Source: Candidatus Thorarchaeota archaeon (GTDB lineage: Archaea; Asgardarchaeota; Thorarchaeia; Thorarchaeales; Thorarchaeaceae). From it: 64,000 bases of DNA. The stretch lies in the NCBI GenBank assembly GCA_029858305.1, contig JAOUFI010000002.1, positions 21,778-85,777 on the forward strand. The letters run 5' to 3'. Of this stretch, positions 36,329 to 45,506 are shown in pieces. Below the pieces are notes generated by a model, which was not told the origin of the DNA, did no database searches, and saw only the letters and a program-made list of their open reading frames with translations. A program made the position numbers and the translations under genes. The number at the start of each line of letters is the position of its first letter. The first letter of the stretch is position 1.

Positions 36329-38605
36329 TCATTGTAGATATAATGCAATGGTAAGAGAATGAGTGCAATACTTACAACGAATTGGCAGACGTTTTCCCAG
36401 ATCTTCCACTTGATCTGTTTCTAGGGGTGCTCCACATCGTAGACACACCCATGAATCCATTGTGTCAGCAAGCTCATCAATGGTTGTAGGTAGCATTGAT
36501 ACATCCTCACCAAGGGCTTCTACTTTTACAACTGAGTGACGACCATTTTCTGGACCAGATATTAGGAGAACAACCGCTATCTTTCGCTTTGTATACTTGC
36601 CTTCAGCATAGCCACGGATGGTTCCTATGAATTCACCCGAAATTACATGCTCCTCAGTATCCACAACATGGAAATTCTTCGTAGGCAATATTTTCTCAGC
36701 CTTCGTGAATAAGACCTTAGCATTCCAATCAAGAGTCTGCTCTTGCTGAGTCTTTTCAAGACTGGATAGAACAAGGTTAAACTCTGCAGATGTTTTCTTA
36801 GAAGGGGTCAAAAGATCGCAGACTGAACGAATCAGATATGGCTCTACACTCATTGTGTGTAACTGATCGAGAAAATCAATGTATGAAACTGTTGCAACAA
36901 CTTTTCCCTGTACACAATCCTTTGTTGGGTAGAACGTGAACTGAGGGCTTCTAAAGCCGCCTACTTCGATTCTAGATATTGTTTTCACACTCTCTCCAGC
37001 CAGCTCCATACAGTCTACCGGATATGCAACAATACTCACTGTTACATTTGTGATAACATATCCACTATTATTGGCTACTTTGACCTTGTAATCAAATTTA
37101 CCTCCAACAATCTCACAACCACGCATAGCCTTAACTCCGCCATCTGGAGAATCAATGGATTCACCCTCCGCTTCTAGAGTTTCAGGTGGTTTGGGTTCAC
37201 TCACTTCAACTGGAGGTTTTGCCTTGTCAGCCAGCATTTCTGCATATGCATTCTGCATAGCTTTGGCATGGTCAGGAGGAATATCAAATACGTACTTTCC
37301 GTGAATTGAGCACAATTGAACAACCCGGTCCTCACGACCACCAGGTTCCACATATACTAAATCTAATGGCTCATAACACTCAGGACATTGGAAGAAACGC
37401 TTGTAAAGATCGACAAGAGTCTCTAGCTCCAATTCAGGTTTAAACAGTCTCTTACTTCTATGACTGTTTCTACACTCTACATCAAACTCTACGAGTCCTC
37501 GACGTTCTTCAACATCTCTTAGTGTGAGCGGCATACTACATTTTTCGCAGCTTAGACTTCTTACAATAGATGGGAGGCGGTCAATTAAGTGTTCATGGTC
37601 AGAAATAATATTGAAGATGGAAGGGGTTGCTTCTCTTTGCATCACACCATGAATTGGACAGACAATCTGGAATGCAACTTTCTTTGCACTCTTCCTCTTA
37701 CTCAGAATATGTGTTAAGTGTCCACAATCATCGCATGTGAGTATAGCAGCTGTTATCCGGTTAGCAACTGCATCATTCCATGTGAGTGGAAGTATCCTCT
37801 CTGTAGTGACCTTATTGCCAGGGCAAATGCACTTCAACTTGTAGCCAGATTTATCATCCTCAATACTTCTTATTGCCAGAGGTTGTCTGCACTCATTTGT
37901 AGTGAGAGTGGCTCGAAGTACTGCATCCTCAGGTATCTCAGAAATTGATTCTCTAAGTGGACCTACAAATTGTGTAGGAATGTCCTTCTTAGTAACACCA
38001 TGAACTGGGCATGCGACATATACACGTGCTGAATTACCTCGTTCTTCTAAATCAGCTATATGTCCAGGAAGTCCACATTTATCGCAATGAACTACTCGCT
38101 GCAGAATTCTCTTTAGAAGAGATGTTTCCAAGTCACTTGGGAGGTACCTACTTGCCTTGTGATTATTTGCACATCTTACCTCGATCTCTATTATTCCTCG
38201 ACGTTGCTCTACCTCGCTGATAGCATATACAAACCCACACTGTGGACATCTGAAAGAATCAATGATGGCTCTTGGACTATCAACCTCTGCAGCCGCAAGC
38301 TGTACAGTTGAAAGAAACTCTCTTGGAAATTCACGTTTCTCCATCCCATGACGCGGGCAGAGAAAGATTCCCTCAGTCTTTGATCCTTGGATAATAGTAT
38401 CAACAAGTGTCATGTTCGAGCCACACTCTGTGCATACAAACATCTTCTTGAAAATCTCTGAACCAACATCGCTTATCTGATGCTCGGCGAGTCGCCTTGC
38501 ACTTTTATGACCATTCAGACATTGTGTTTCAAGAGTCAGGATGTGGTCTTGCATCTCAGCGTTTCGTACGTACAGGGGTTCTTGGCATTTCTTGCATGAG
38601 AACAC
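36329..38605 (-). CDS. Multi-zinc-ribbon protein, paralog of 34397..36244, with an added Ig-like beta-sandwich and alpha/beta domain before the terminal ribbon
   Basis: It has the same eight-unit A/B layout. Unit 5 is degenerate: TTNEC...CICPGNK has lost one Cys and the His. The C-terminal part reads GGKFDYKVKVANNSGYVITNVTVSIV... and the terminal ribbon is CLRCG...CKYC. Confidence 0.75.
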   Translation of the reverse strand: MFSCKKCQEPLYVRNAEMQDHILTLETQCLNGHKSARRLAEHQISDVGSEIFKKMFVCTECGSNMTLVDTIIQGSKTEGIFLCPRHGMEKREFPREFLSTVQLAAAEVDSPRAIIDSFRCPQCGFVYAISEVEQRRGIIEIEVRCANNHKASRYLPSDLETSLLKRILQRVVHCDKCGLPGHIADLEERGNSARVYVACPVHGVTKKDIPTQFVGPLRESISEIPEDAVLRATLTTNECRQPLAIRSIEDDKSGYKLKCICPGNKVTTERILPLTWNDAVANRITAAILTCDDCGHLTHILSKRKSAKKVAFQIVCPIHGVMQREATPSIFNIISDHEHLIDRLPSIVRSLSCEKCSMPLTLRDVEERRGLVEFDVECRNSHRSKRLFKPELELETLVDLYKRFFQCPECYEPLDLVYVEPGGREDRVVQLCSIHGKYVFDIPPDHAKAMQNAYAEMLADKAKPPVEVSEPKPPETLEAEGESIDSPDGGVKAMRGCEIVGGKFDYKVKVANNSGYVITNVTVSIVAYPVDCMELAGESVKTISRIEVGGFRSPQFTFYPTKDCVQGKVVATVSYIDFLDQLHTMSVEPYLIRSVCDLLTPSKKTSAEFNLVLSSLEKTQQEQTLDWNAKVLFTKAEKILPTKNFHVVDTEEHVISGEFIGTIRGYAEGKYTKRKIAVVLLISGPENGRHSVVKVEALGEDVSMLPTTIDELADTMDSWVCLRCGAPLETDQVEDLGKRLPIRCKYCTHSLTIALYLQ

Positions 38606-38712
38606 AGCTTAACACCCGAGTGGAAAAATGATATCGATTAATACAACTGATGCAGAACTTTGGTTCTTAAGCAAATCTTAGACAAGCATCTCGGGCTACT
38701 TATATCGACGCT

Positions 38713-39201
38713 CTATTCTTGCTTGTCTTTATCAGGGGCATTTGCTTCTTGCTTTTCAGGTTCTTTTGCAGTCTTTTCCTCTTTTGCCCTTTCGTGCATC
38801 TTGGAGTCTATAAGTTTCTGCAATCGTGTCATAACAGGAAGCTCACCACGCTGGAGAGCTAGAGGTATGGCAAAATACACGATTATGACACCACCAATCA
38901 CTATCAGTGGAGGAGAAAGCACCGAAATCACTGGAACATAAATTATGTAATATCCTATAATCTGCATCAATCCACCGAAAAGCAGTCCTGGCCAAGCAAG
39001 TGTCGCGGGTCTTTTCAGCGAAGTGATTGCAGCATAAAAACAGACAAGGACAAATCCAGTGGAGCGGAATAGTCCATTTAGAAATTCCAAATAGTAGCCT
39101 AGCAACCAAATGAGTGCTCCGACCAGCATCATCAAGAAATTCATATCTAGTACGATTGACTTTGAGCCATTCTCACGTGCTTCAATCATAGTAATCACCA
39201 A
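38713..39201 (-). CDS. Small membrane protein (4 TM) with a Lys/Glu-rich C-terminal tail
   Basis: Track ORF with four hydrophobic spans. The tail is KMHERAKEEKTAKEPEKQEANAPDKDKQE. Confidence 0.5.
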   Translation of the reverse strand: MVITMIEARENGSKSIVLDMNFLMMLVGALIWLLGYYLEFLNGLFRSTGFVLVCFYAAITSLKRPATLAWPGLLFGGLMQIIGYYIIYVPVISVLSPPLIVIGGVIIVYFAIPLALQRGELPVMTRLQKLIDSKMHERAKEEKTAKEPEKQEANAPDKDKQE

Positions 39202-39259
39202 GAACCTATTCGTTCATTCAAGATAAGGTTAGCACTATGAATGATATAAGTAATTCTTC

Positions 39260-40534
39260 TCATTTACTTCCTGTAGCATCTACGCTTTCCAGCACTTTAT
39301 CCGCTGATTTCTTTAATTTTGAACGATAACCTCGTGTCGTGTAGACACGCACAGGTTTCAAAATTCTGGAGAAACTCCTTGCCATCGGGCTTAGGTCACT
39401 CAGTTTCCAAAACTCGTATCCACTTGATCCACGTTCGAATAAAGCAATCCCATCAAGATCGAACTTTCCAGGATAGAAAGTGACAGATGCGCGATCTGGA
39501 AAATCGATGTAAACATTATGAGAATCAATATCCGCATCCTCAGCAATCTCTTGTTCGATAGAAAAGAGACCATCAGGAGTTGACAACTTATTCAGAAATG
39601 CAGGATCGGAGATAGCACGTGTGCTGACCAATTTTATCAGATAACGTTTGTTGAAATCAGAAAAGATTCGATTTGCAGTTTTGAGTTCTTCACTTTCCTC
39701 AGAGTCGACACGAAGAAGTCTGGTTAGAAAAGTGAGGTCATCATTTTTGAAGAATTCAAGAGTGTTGTCCAGAGGTGAAGGGAAAAGCTGTGAACCAGCT
39801 TCATCAAGAACTCGCAATAACATCAATTCAGCTGCACGAACAGTCTTATGGAAGTATACAGCATCAAACATGTTGACAGCTGCAGACAAGTATGATTCTA
39901 GGGTGAATAGAGAACCACGTTCTACAGCAATCTTGTTCTTTGTAATGCGTGTTGCATCAAATAGTCTGTGAAATTCAAGCTGTGCATAATCCACCCCTGC
40001 AAAATATGAGTCTCGTTCGAGGTCGTCAATGAGTTCTGGATTGATAGGACAGTTCTTGATGTCAAGCCTAACACTTTTAATAGGCACACCACGTTCAATC
40101 ACATCTTGTATCTCTGATTTTGAAAATCCGTGATTTTCTATTATTGTTCCTATTTCCGTTTTACCAAGAATAGCCTTAGTAATCTTGAGGGGATTGGAAC
40201 CTCGCATAGTCAAATATTCTTCCATAACATTTGACCATGGACCATTTGCGAGCATTAGTAAATAGGACGCCAACCGACCTTTCTGTATCTCCTCGATAGT
40301 AGCTCCAAGATATTCTAAGAAAATCCTGGTCATATGTAGAAAACCAAGAGTTCTACCGAGGAGTGCAATGTCCGCCCCGGGATAGACTAATGAAAGACCA
40401 GCGGGACCCTTGATATACCTAAGTCTCTGAGATATCCGATGATCAATAAGCTGTTTCTCTACGTCTGAGAGACTTATGTAACCATGAATGGGATCCTTGA
40501 TTTGGAGGACAGAGGGAAAATCTGTAATAGGCAT
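39260..40534 (-). CDS. COG1078/SAMHD1-like HD-domain homolog lacking the His and His-Asp metal ligands (predicted inactive)
   Basis: The family scaffold is present: IKDPIHGYISL, QRLRYIKG, VYPGA, RDSYFAGVDY, VYFHKTVRAAELML. However, HxRFEHSLG reads DIALLGRTLG, and LLHDIGHGPFSH reads LLMLANGPWSN. Confidence 0.7.
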   Translation of the reverse strand: MPITDFPSVLQIKDPIHGYISLSDVEKQLIDHRISQRLRYIKGPAGLSLVYPGADIALLGRTLGFLHMTRIFLEYLGATIEEIQKGRLASYLLMLANGPWSNVMEEYLTMRGSNPLKITKAILGKTEIGTIIENHGFSKSEIQDVIERGVPIKSVRLDIKNCPINPELIDDLERDSYFAGVDYAQLEFHRLFDATRITKNKIAVERGSLFTLESYLSAAVNMFDAVYFHKTVRAAELMLLRVLDEAGSQLFPSPLDNTLEFFKNDDLTFLTRLLRVDSEESEELKTANRIFSDFNKRYLIKLVSTRAISDPAFLNKLSTPDGLFSIEQEIAEDADIDSHNVYIDFPDRASVTFYPGKFDLDGIALFERGSSGYEFWKLSDLSPMARSFSRILKPVRVYTTRGYRSKLKKSADKVLESVDATGSK

Positions 40535-40622
40535 CTGAATTCAACCCAATATTTACTCAACTGAATGGTATAAAAGTGTCTGAAATACATAACCCTGCTT
40601 GCTGCTAGGAGAACCTTCATCA

Positions 40623-42488
40623 ATGAGTAGGTTTAGTGCCCTATCTATGAACCAGCTGTGGTTTGCGATAATGGTTTGCCTGATGCTGTTTACGCCATCA
40701 GATTGCCAAGCTATTGTAAACACAGCAGAGGTAAGTATCACGTCAGAAGCCTCACAAATACCAGACCGCCGGATCTATGGAGAGAATATTGCATCAGAGG
40801 TATATGCAATTCCAACCTACACTGGATTTCAAGACCTGGTACATAAATTCACTGAGAATCATTCCAGATGGGTCATGGACCAGGCAATGGTCGATAGAGG
40901 AGCTAATATGTATGCTAGAAATTATATCGTTGAGCAGCTCAAAGATAGATCTTCGGGGCGTATTGAGGTGGAGATAATTGGTAATCACAAGAATGTAGTA
41001 GGTCGACTTCCAGGATATTTGCCAGGAGATGATAATCCAGTACTTGTAGTATCTGCCCATTATGATTCTGTAAAGGATTCAGACGGGGCTAATGCCGATG
41101 GAAGTGGTATCGCGGTTGTCCTTGAGCTTGCATATGCAATGTCGCAATACATGTGGCCGCTGGATATCTACTTCATTGCGTTTAATGCACTCTATTCATT
41201 TCAATTCATGAGTGGTAGTCCGGAAGTAGCAAATGTGCTCCAACAAAGAGGAATTGATATTCTCGCCATGTACAATGTCGATACCATTCTAGTTACAGAT
41301 TCAGCACTTCCCTCGGATGAACGAATCCAGATAGGCTATCTTTCAGGATCCGTTGAAACCTATCACCAAAGCAAATACTGGGGAGATCTAGCACGGATGA
41401 TTAGCAATAACTATGGAATGAATTCATTCGTTCCGATTCCATCTGGTATATTCTACTTATGGGAAACCTCAGATCAGGAGGCATTCTATCAGCGCGGTTA
41501 TAATAATATACTATGTGTCTTCGAATCAGGACTCGCAATAGATGGTAGCTATCACAATGTGAATGATCGATGGGACTATCGACAGCTAAACTATAATCTA
41601 GGTAAGGAAACCGCAGCTGTCATTGGAGCCAGTATGGCTTTCACAATGGGTAGGAAATATGGAGAACCTGTCCAACTCAAATACAATTTTATTATAGGTG
41701 GGGGCCGCATCGAGAAATTCTACATGGCAGTCACCACATCCACAATATTGAACATTACAGTTCGTTGGTTCGGTGGCTCAACCTCATACAACGTGTACAA
41801 TCCAAGTAATACTCTTGTAGCTAGCGCAATCTGTGATTATACTTCAGCCTGGGTTCCAACTAACATCCTGAATATACCTGTAACCGCTAAGGGTCTGTAT
41901 GCTCTTGAAATTGAAAATACAAACTTTGTCAGTGTTGGTTATGAGTTGACTATTACGTATGATTCAGATATCGACGGTAACGGGATTCTGGATAGCCAGG
42001 AATACTGGCTTGATGAGAGTCTGTTTGTGACAGACCAGGACAATGATGGTATCAGTGATGCAGAAGAGATATTCCTAGGGACAGATGGCAATCAGGTTGA
42101 TTCTGACGGCGATACGATGGATGACAAATACGAAGTTGACATGGGATTCGACCCCAATGATGCATCAGATGGAAATCTCGACGCTGACTCGGATGGACTA
42201 ACAAATGCACAAGAGTACTCTGGGGGATTGAATCCGTTTTCATCTGATTCGGATGGTGACTCAATAGATGACCTATGGGAATTAGAGAATGGTCTTAATC
42301 CATTGATAGATGACGCAGCACTTGATCCTGATGGGGACGGGAGGACGAATCTTGAGGAGTATCTAGCCGGCACGAATCCGCAGATTGCAGAATTCAGTTC
42401 ACCTCCAATTCTTTTCATAGTCTCGCCAATTGCCATCGTTGCAACTATCGCAGGATTTGTTTACTTTCGAAATAGAAAATTTGTGTAG
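40623..42488 (+). CDS. Secreted M28-peptidase-fold protein with mutated active site, TSP3-like Ca-binding Asp repeats and a C-terminal TM anchor
   Basis: Signal peptide is [27 protein letters not shown] and ADGSG are retained, but the EE position reads [12 protein letters not shown] and SDH reads SDQ. The C terminus reads [12 protein letters not shown]...[13 protein letters not shown]...[12 protein letters not shown]...[13 protein letters not shown]. Confidence 0.75.
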   Translation: MSRFSALSMNQLWFAIMVCLMLFTPSDCQAIVNTAEVSITSEASQIPDRRIYGENIASEVYAIPTYTGFQDLVHKFTENHSRWVMDQAMVDRGANMYARNYIVEQLKDRSSGRIEVEIIGNHKNVVGRLPGYLPGDDNPVLVVSAHYDSVKDSDGANADGSGIAVVLELAYAMSQYMWPLDIYFIAFNALYSFQFMSGSPEVANVLQQRGIDILAMYNVDTILVTDSALPSDERIQIGYLSGSVETYHQSKYWGDLARMISNNYGMNSFVPIPSGIFYLWETSDQEAFYQRGYNNILCVFESGLAIDGSYHNVNDRWDYRQLNYNLGKETAAVIGASMAFTMGRKYGEPVQLKYNFIIGGGRIEKFYMAVTTSTILNITVRWFGGSTSYNVYNPSNTLVASAICDYTSAWVPTNILNIPVTAKGLYALEIENTNFVSVGYELTITYDSDIDGNGILDSQEYWLDESLFVTDQDNDGISDAEEIFLGTDGNQVDSDGDTMDDKYEVDMGFDPNDASDGNLDADSDGLTNAQEYSGGLNPFSSDSDGDSIDDLWELENGLNPLIDDAALDPDGDGRTNLEEYLAGTNPQIAEFSSPPILFIVSPIAIVATIAGFVYFRNRKFV

Positions 42489-42501
42489 ATAAAGAGGCGA
42501 G

Positions 42502-44319
42502 ATGATGAATAAGATTCTGTTAGGAGTGTTCATTTGTGTCTCACTTTTCTCAGCCTCATTTGGAGTTACAAGTTTTCCTCATTCTCAAAAGACCATTGAC
42601 ACAGTATATACCGTTTCTGAGAACCTAGAGAGAGTCTATGGTGTTGACTACTCGAGAACCATTTTCCAAACAATTTCAGCGAATTCATTCAAAGATTATG
42701 TCATCAAGTTGACCGAGAACGGTTCTAGGTGGATTCAATCACCCACATTGATGAGCGAGGCTAATTCTGCTGCTAGGAATTGGATTGCCAATGAGCTCAT
42801 CGCAGTTTCTAACAGCAGAATAGAGGTCGAGGTTCTAGGAGAATATCATTCGGTTCTTGGGCGCCTACCTGGATACCTTCCAAACAATGCACCCGCAATA
42901 CTTGTCGGAGGTCATTATGATGGTCTCGCTGTTGGAGCTGGTGCAAATGATGATGGGAGTGGAGTAGCTGCCATCCTCGAGCTTGCTCGAGTCCTATCAC
43001 AATACAACTGGCCACTTGACATTTATTTTGGAGCGTGGAATGCAGAAGAAATCGGATTATTGGGATCTGGTGAAGTAGCTCATATATTGAGCTTGAGAGG
43101 TGTTGAACTACTTGTTCACTATAATATCGATATGCTCTTGGTTCCCCATCCAGAGAGGCTATCTGTTTTAATGGCATATCCTGTTGGGTCATATCATGAT
43201 GGGAAGTATTGGGCGGATCTTCCCAGAGCATTGAGTAGCAATTATGGTCGTAATGGGATTGAACCGATAATCTCAAGTGATTTTTCTGGTTGGCAATCGT
43301 CCGACCATTGGCCATTCATCCAAAGGGGCTATCTGAGGTCTCTGTTTGCCCATGAGAGTGGATTTGCCTACGATTATGCATATCATACAAGCGGAGATGT
43401 GTGGAATAATCCACTCTATAATTATGGAGTAGCAATCGAGGGTGTAAAGGCAATCGGTGCAAGTATTGCTTTCACCATGGGAAGAGCATACCAACAATTA
43501 ATCCTTGAGAACCACAAGATAACTCTGAATCCGGGATCTCAGAAGAATTATTCAATAACTATCACAGGACAGACAATAATCAATGTTACAAGTCGATGGT
43601 GGGGTGGATCAATTTCATTCAAACTGTACAATCCGGAGAATCAACTTCTAAAAGAAGTAATACGAGATCAGACATCACCGTGGGAGATGTCAGTTGTCAT
43701 TCAGCAGACTGTTAATACAGAAGGCGTTTACAAGTTGTTCGTTCTCAATCAGGGGAGTACTAGTACCGGATGTGATTTGACCTATGAATATGACTCAGAT
43801 ATTGATGGAAATGATGTACCAGATAGCGAAGAGTTTTGGTTTGATGCAAGCTACTTCATGCTCGACAGTGATTTAGATACTCTCAGTGATGGGCAAGAAA
43901 TGATACTCGGAACATCTTGGGTCAATGCGGATTCAGATTTTGATTCTATACCTGATAATTGGGAAATCAATTTTGGACTAAATCCACTGGATCCCAGCGA
44001 TGCATTAGGAGATGAGGATGGAGACACACTCACTAATTTGGAGGAGTATCAACATAACAGTAATCCACTTCTAGTTGATTCTGACTTCGATCAAATGCCA
44101 GATGATTTTGAGGTTGCACACAATCTTAATCCAGCTGTCGATGATTCCCAAGAAGATCCTGATCAAGATTTAGTCTCGAATCTTGATGAATATCTTGAGG
44201 GGACAGATCCGCAGTATGCTGAGCTGCGCCTGGAGAGATTTGCCATACCCATCACAGGTCTTTTGATTGTGATTATCATTATAGCAGCTGGAATCGTTCT
44301 ATGGAACAAGAAACGCTAG
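42502..44319 (+). CDS. Secreted M28-family metallopeptidase (intact ligands) with TSP3-like Asp repeats and a C-terminal TM anchor
   Basis: GGHYDG, GANDDGSG, WNAEEIGLLGSGE, HYNIDML and SSDHWPF are all present. The domain layout matches the upstream paralog. Confidence 0.8.
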   Translation: MMNKILLGVFICVSLFSASFGVTSFPHSQKTIDTVYTVSENLERVYGVDYSRTIFQTISANSFKDYVIKLTENGSRWIQSPTLMSEANSAARNWIANELIAVSNSRIEVEVLGEYHSVLGRLPGYLPNNAPAILVGGHYDGLAVGAGANDDGSGVAAILELARVLSQYNWPLDIYFGAWNAEEIGLLGSGEVAHILSLRGVELLVHYNIDMLLVPHPERLSVLMAYPVGSYHDGKYWADLPRALSSNYGRNGIEPIISSDFSGWQSSDHWPFIQRGYLRSLFAHESGFAYDYAYHTSGDVWNNPLYNYGVAIEGVKAIGASIAFTMGRAYQQLILENHKITLNPGSQKNYSITITGQTIINVTSRWWGGSISFKLYNPENQLLKEVIRDQTSPWEMSVVIQQTVNTEGVYKLFVLNQGSTSTGCDLTYEYDSDIDGNDVPDSEEFWFDASYFMLDSDLDTLSDGQEMILGTSWVNADSDFDSIPDNWEINFGLNPLDPSDALGDEDGDTLTNLEEYQHNSNPLLVDSDFDQMPDDFEVAHNLNPAVDDSQEDPDQDLVSNLDEYLEGTDPQYAELRLERFAIPITGLLIVIIIIAAGIVLWNKKR

Positions 44320-44391
44320 GTAAAAAGGGTACACTCGATAAACATTCAAAACTAGGATATCCTTAACGAAAGATGGGACTGGTGCACGTTT

Positions 44392-45504
44392 TTGTCAGAA
44401 CATGGGAAGAAACCTCTTAGATTAATTGAGATACAAGAGAGTGTGCTTCCTGAAGATGAGTGGATTATTGGCATTTCCATTCTCGACTATTTCAATGGCG
44501 TGGGGTACTCAATGCCAAGCAGCATGAGATTGGACCGAAATCTTTTGCAGGATACAGGTTTACTTACTGGGGGTATACTAACATCAGATCTCACAGCAAG
44601 CTCAAACATCGATGATCAATTAAAAACCGAATCCGTAGAAAACGAAGAGGAGGATAGCCTCCTTTCAGGAATCTACAAACATGAAACCGACCCAGTTAAA
44701 GCTTCAAGTAGAATAGAAAACAAGGGGCTTCATATTGATTTTCCTCAAAGTTCAATGATTATTGAGAGTTTATTAAATAGTAATGAAACTGCCAACCTGT
44801 ATGCATTCCTGCCTGGTATCTTCTATTGTTCAGGACAACAGACATCAGTTGATGCGGTCTTGATAGAAGTGACTCAAACTCAACGATTCGGGATGACCTT
44901 ATCGAGTTTCCGCCCAGAAGATGTTCGAGCTCTTGATGTCAGCGAGGGATTTGTGTTCAATGAGGATGGCGGTAAAAGATCTGTCAAGGTTACCTTGGAC
45001 ACATTAGGAAGCTTTCATTTTGAAGATTTTCTCAAAGACTCTGGCTTATCAACCGAGATTATGAGCTACTCCAAAGAAGTAGAATTGGCAAAACGTCTAG
45101 CAGGTCTAATCTCCTTTGCGGAGCTTATGAGAGCTTATGCTTCTAGTTCGTTTCTTCGGTCTAGACTTGTGAAACTCTTAGATGATATAGACTTCTTTGG
45201 GCTAGCACCACGTCGACGAATCTATGTGAGAAATGAGAAACACCCGTATGGTAGAGTAGTCGAAGTCAATTATCGAGGATTTGATTCTGTTCTCAATCTT
45301 GGAGTTGAATCGGGAATCTCATGTGCTGATGAAATCGATCTTGAACATCAATTGAACAATCTTGTTTTCACGAAACTCATGGGCACCGGGATTGAAACAG
45401 ACGTAGAAGTTGCAATAATGGAAATGTTCCAACTAATCGAAGCTGGATTCAAGGGCAAGGTATCACATAGAGAAGTGTTGAACACGCTCTCAAGGGAGGA
45501 CTAG
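44392..45504 (+). CDS. Hypothetical protein (370 aa), no recognisable motifs
   Basis: Long ORF with coding-like composition and a TTG start. It is followed 2 nt later by the next gene. Confidence 0.55.
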   Translation: MSEHGKKPLRLIEIQESVLPEDEWIIGISILDYFNGVGYSMPSSMRLDRNLLQDTGLLTGGILTSDLTASSNIDDQLKTESVENEEEDSLLSGIYKHETDPVKASSRIENKGLHIDFPQSSMIIESLLNSNETANLYAFLPGIFYCSGQQTSVDAVLIEVTQTQRFGMTLSSFRPEDVRALDVSEGFVFNEDGGKRSVKVTLDTLGSFHFEDFLKDSGLSTEIMSYSKEVELAKRLAGLISFAELMRAYASSSFLRSRLVKLLDDIDFFGLAPRRRIYVRNEKHPYGRVVEVNYRGFDSVLNLGVESGISCADEIDLEHQLNNLVFTKLMGTGIETDVEVAIMEMFQLIEAGFKGKVSHREVLNTLSRED

Positions 45505-45506
45505 AG

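Noticed and set aside
42809-43315. A 168-aa minus-strand ORF. Similar antisense ORFs lie at 45962..46417, 32763..33134, 9551..9919 and 46691..47074.
   Set aside because: All are embedded antisense in long, motif-supported or strongly coding plus-strand genes.
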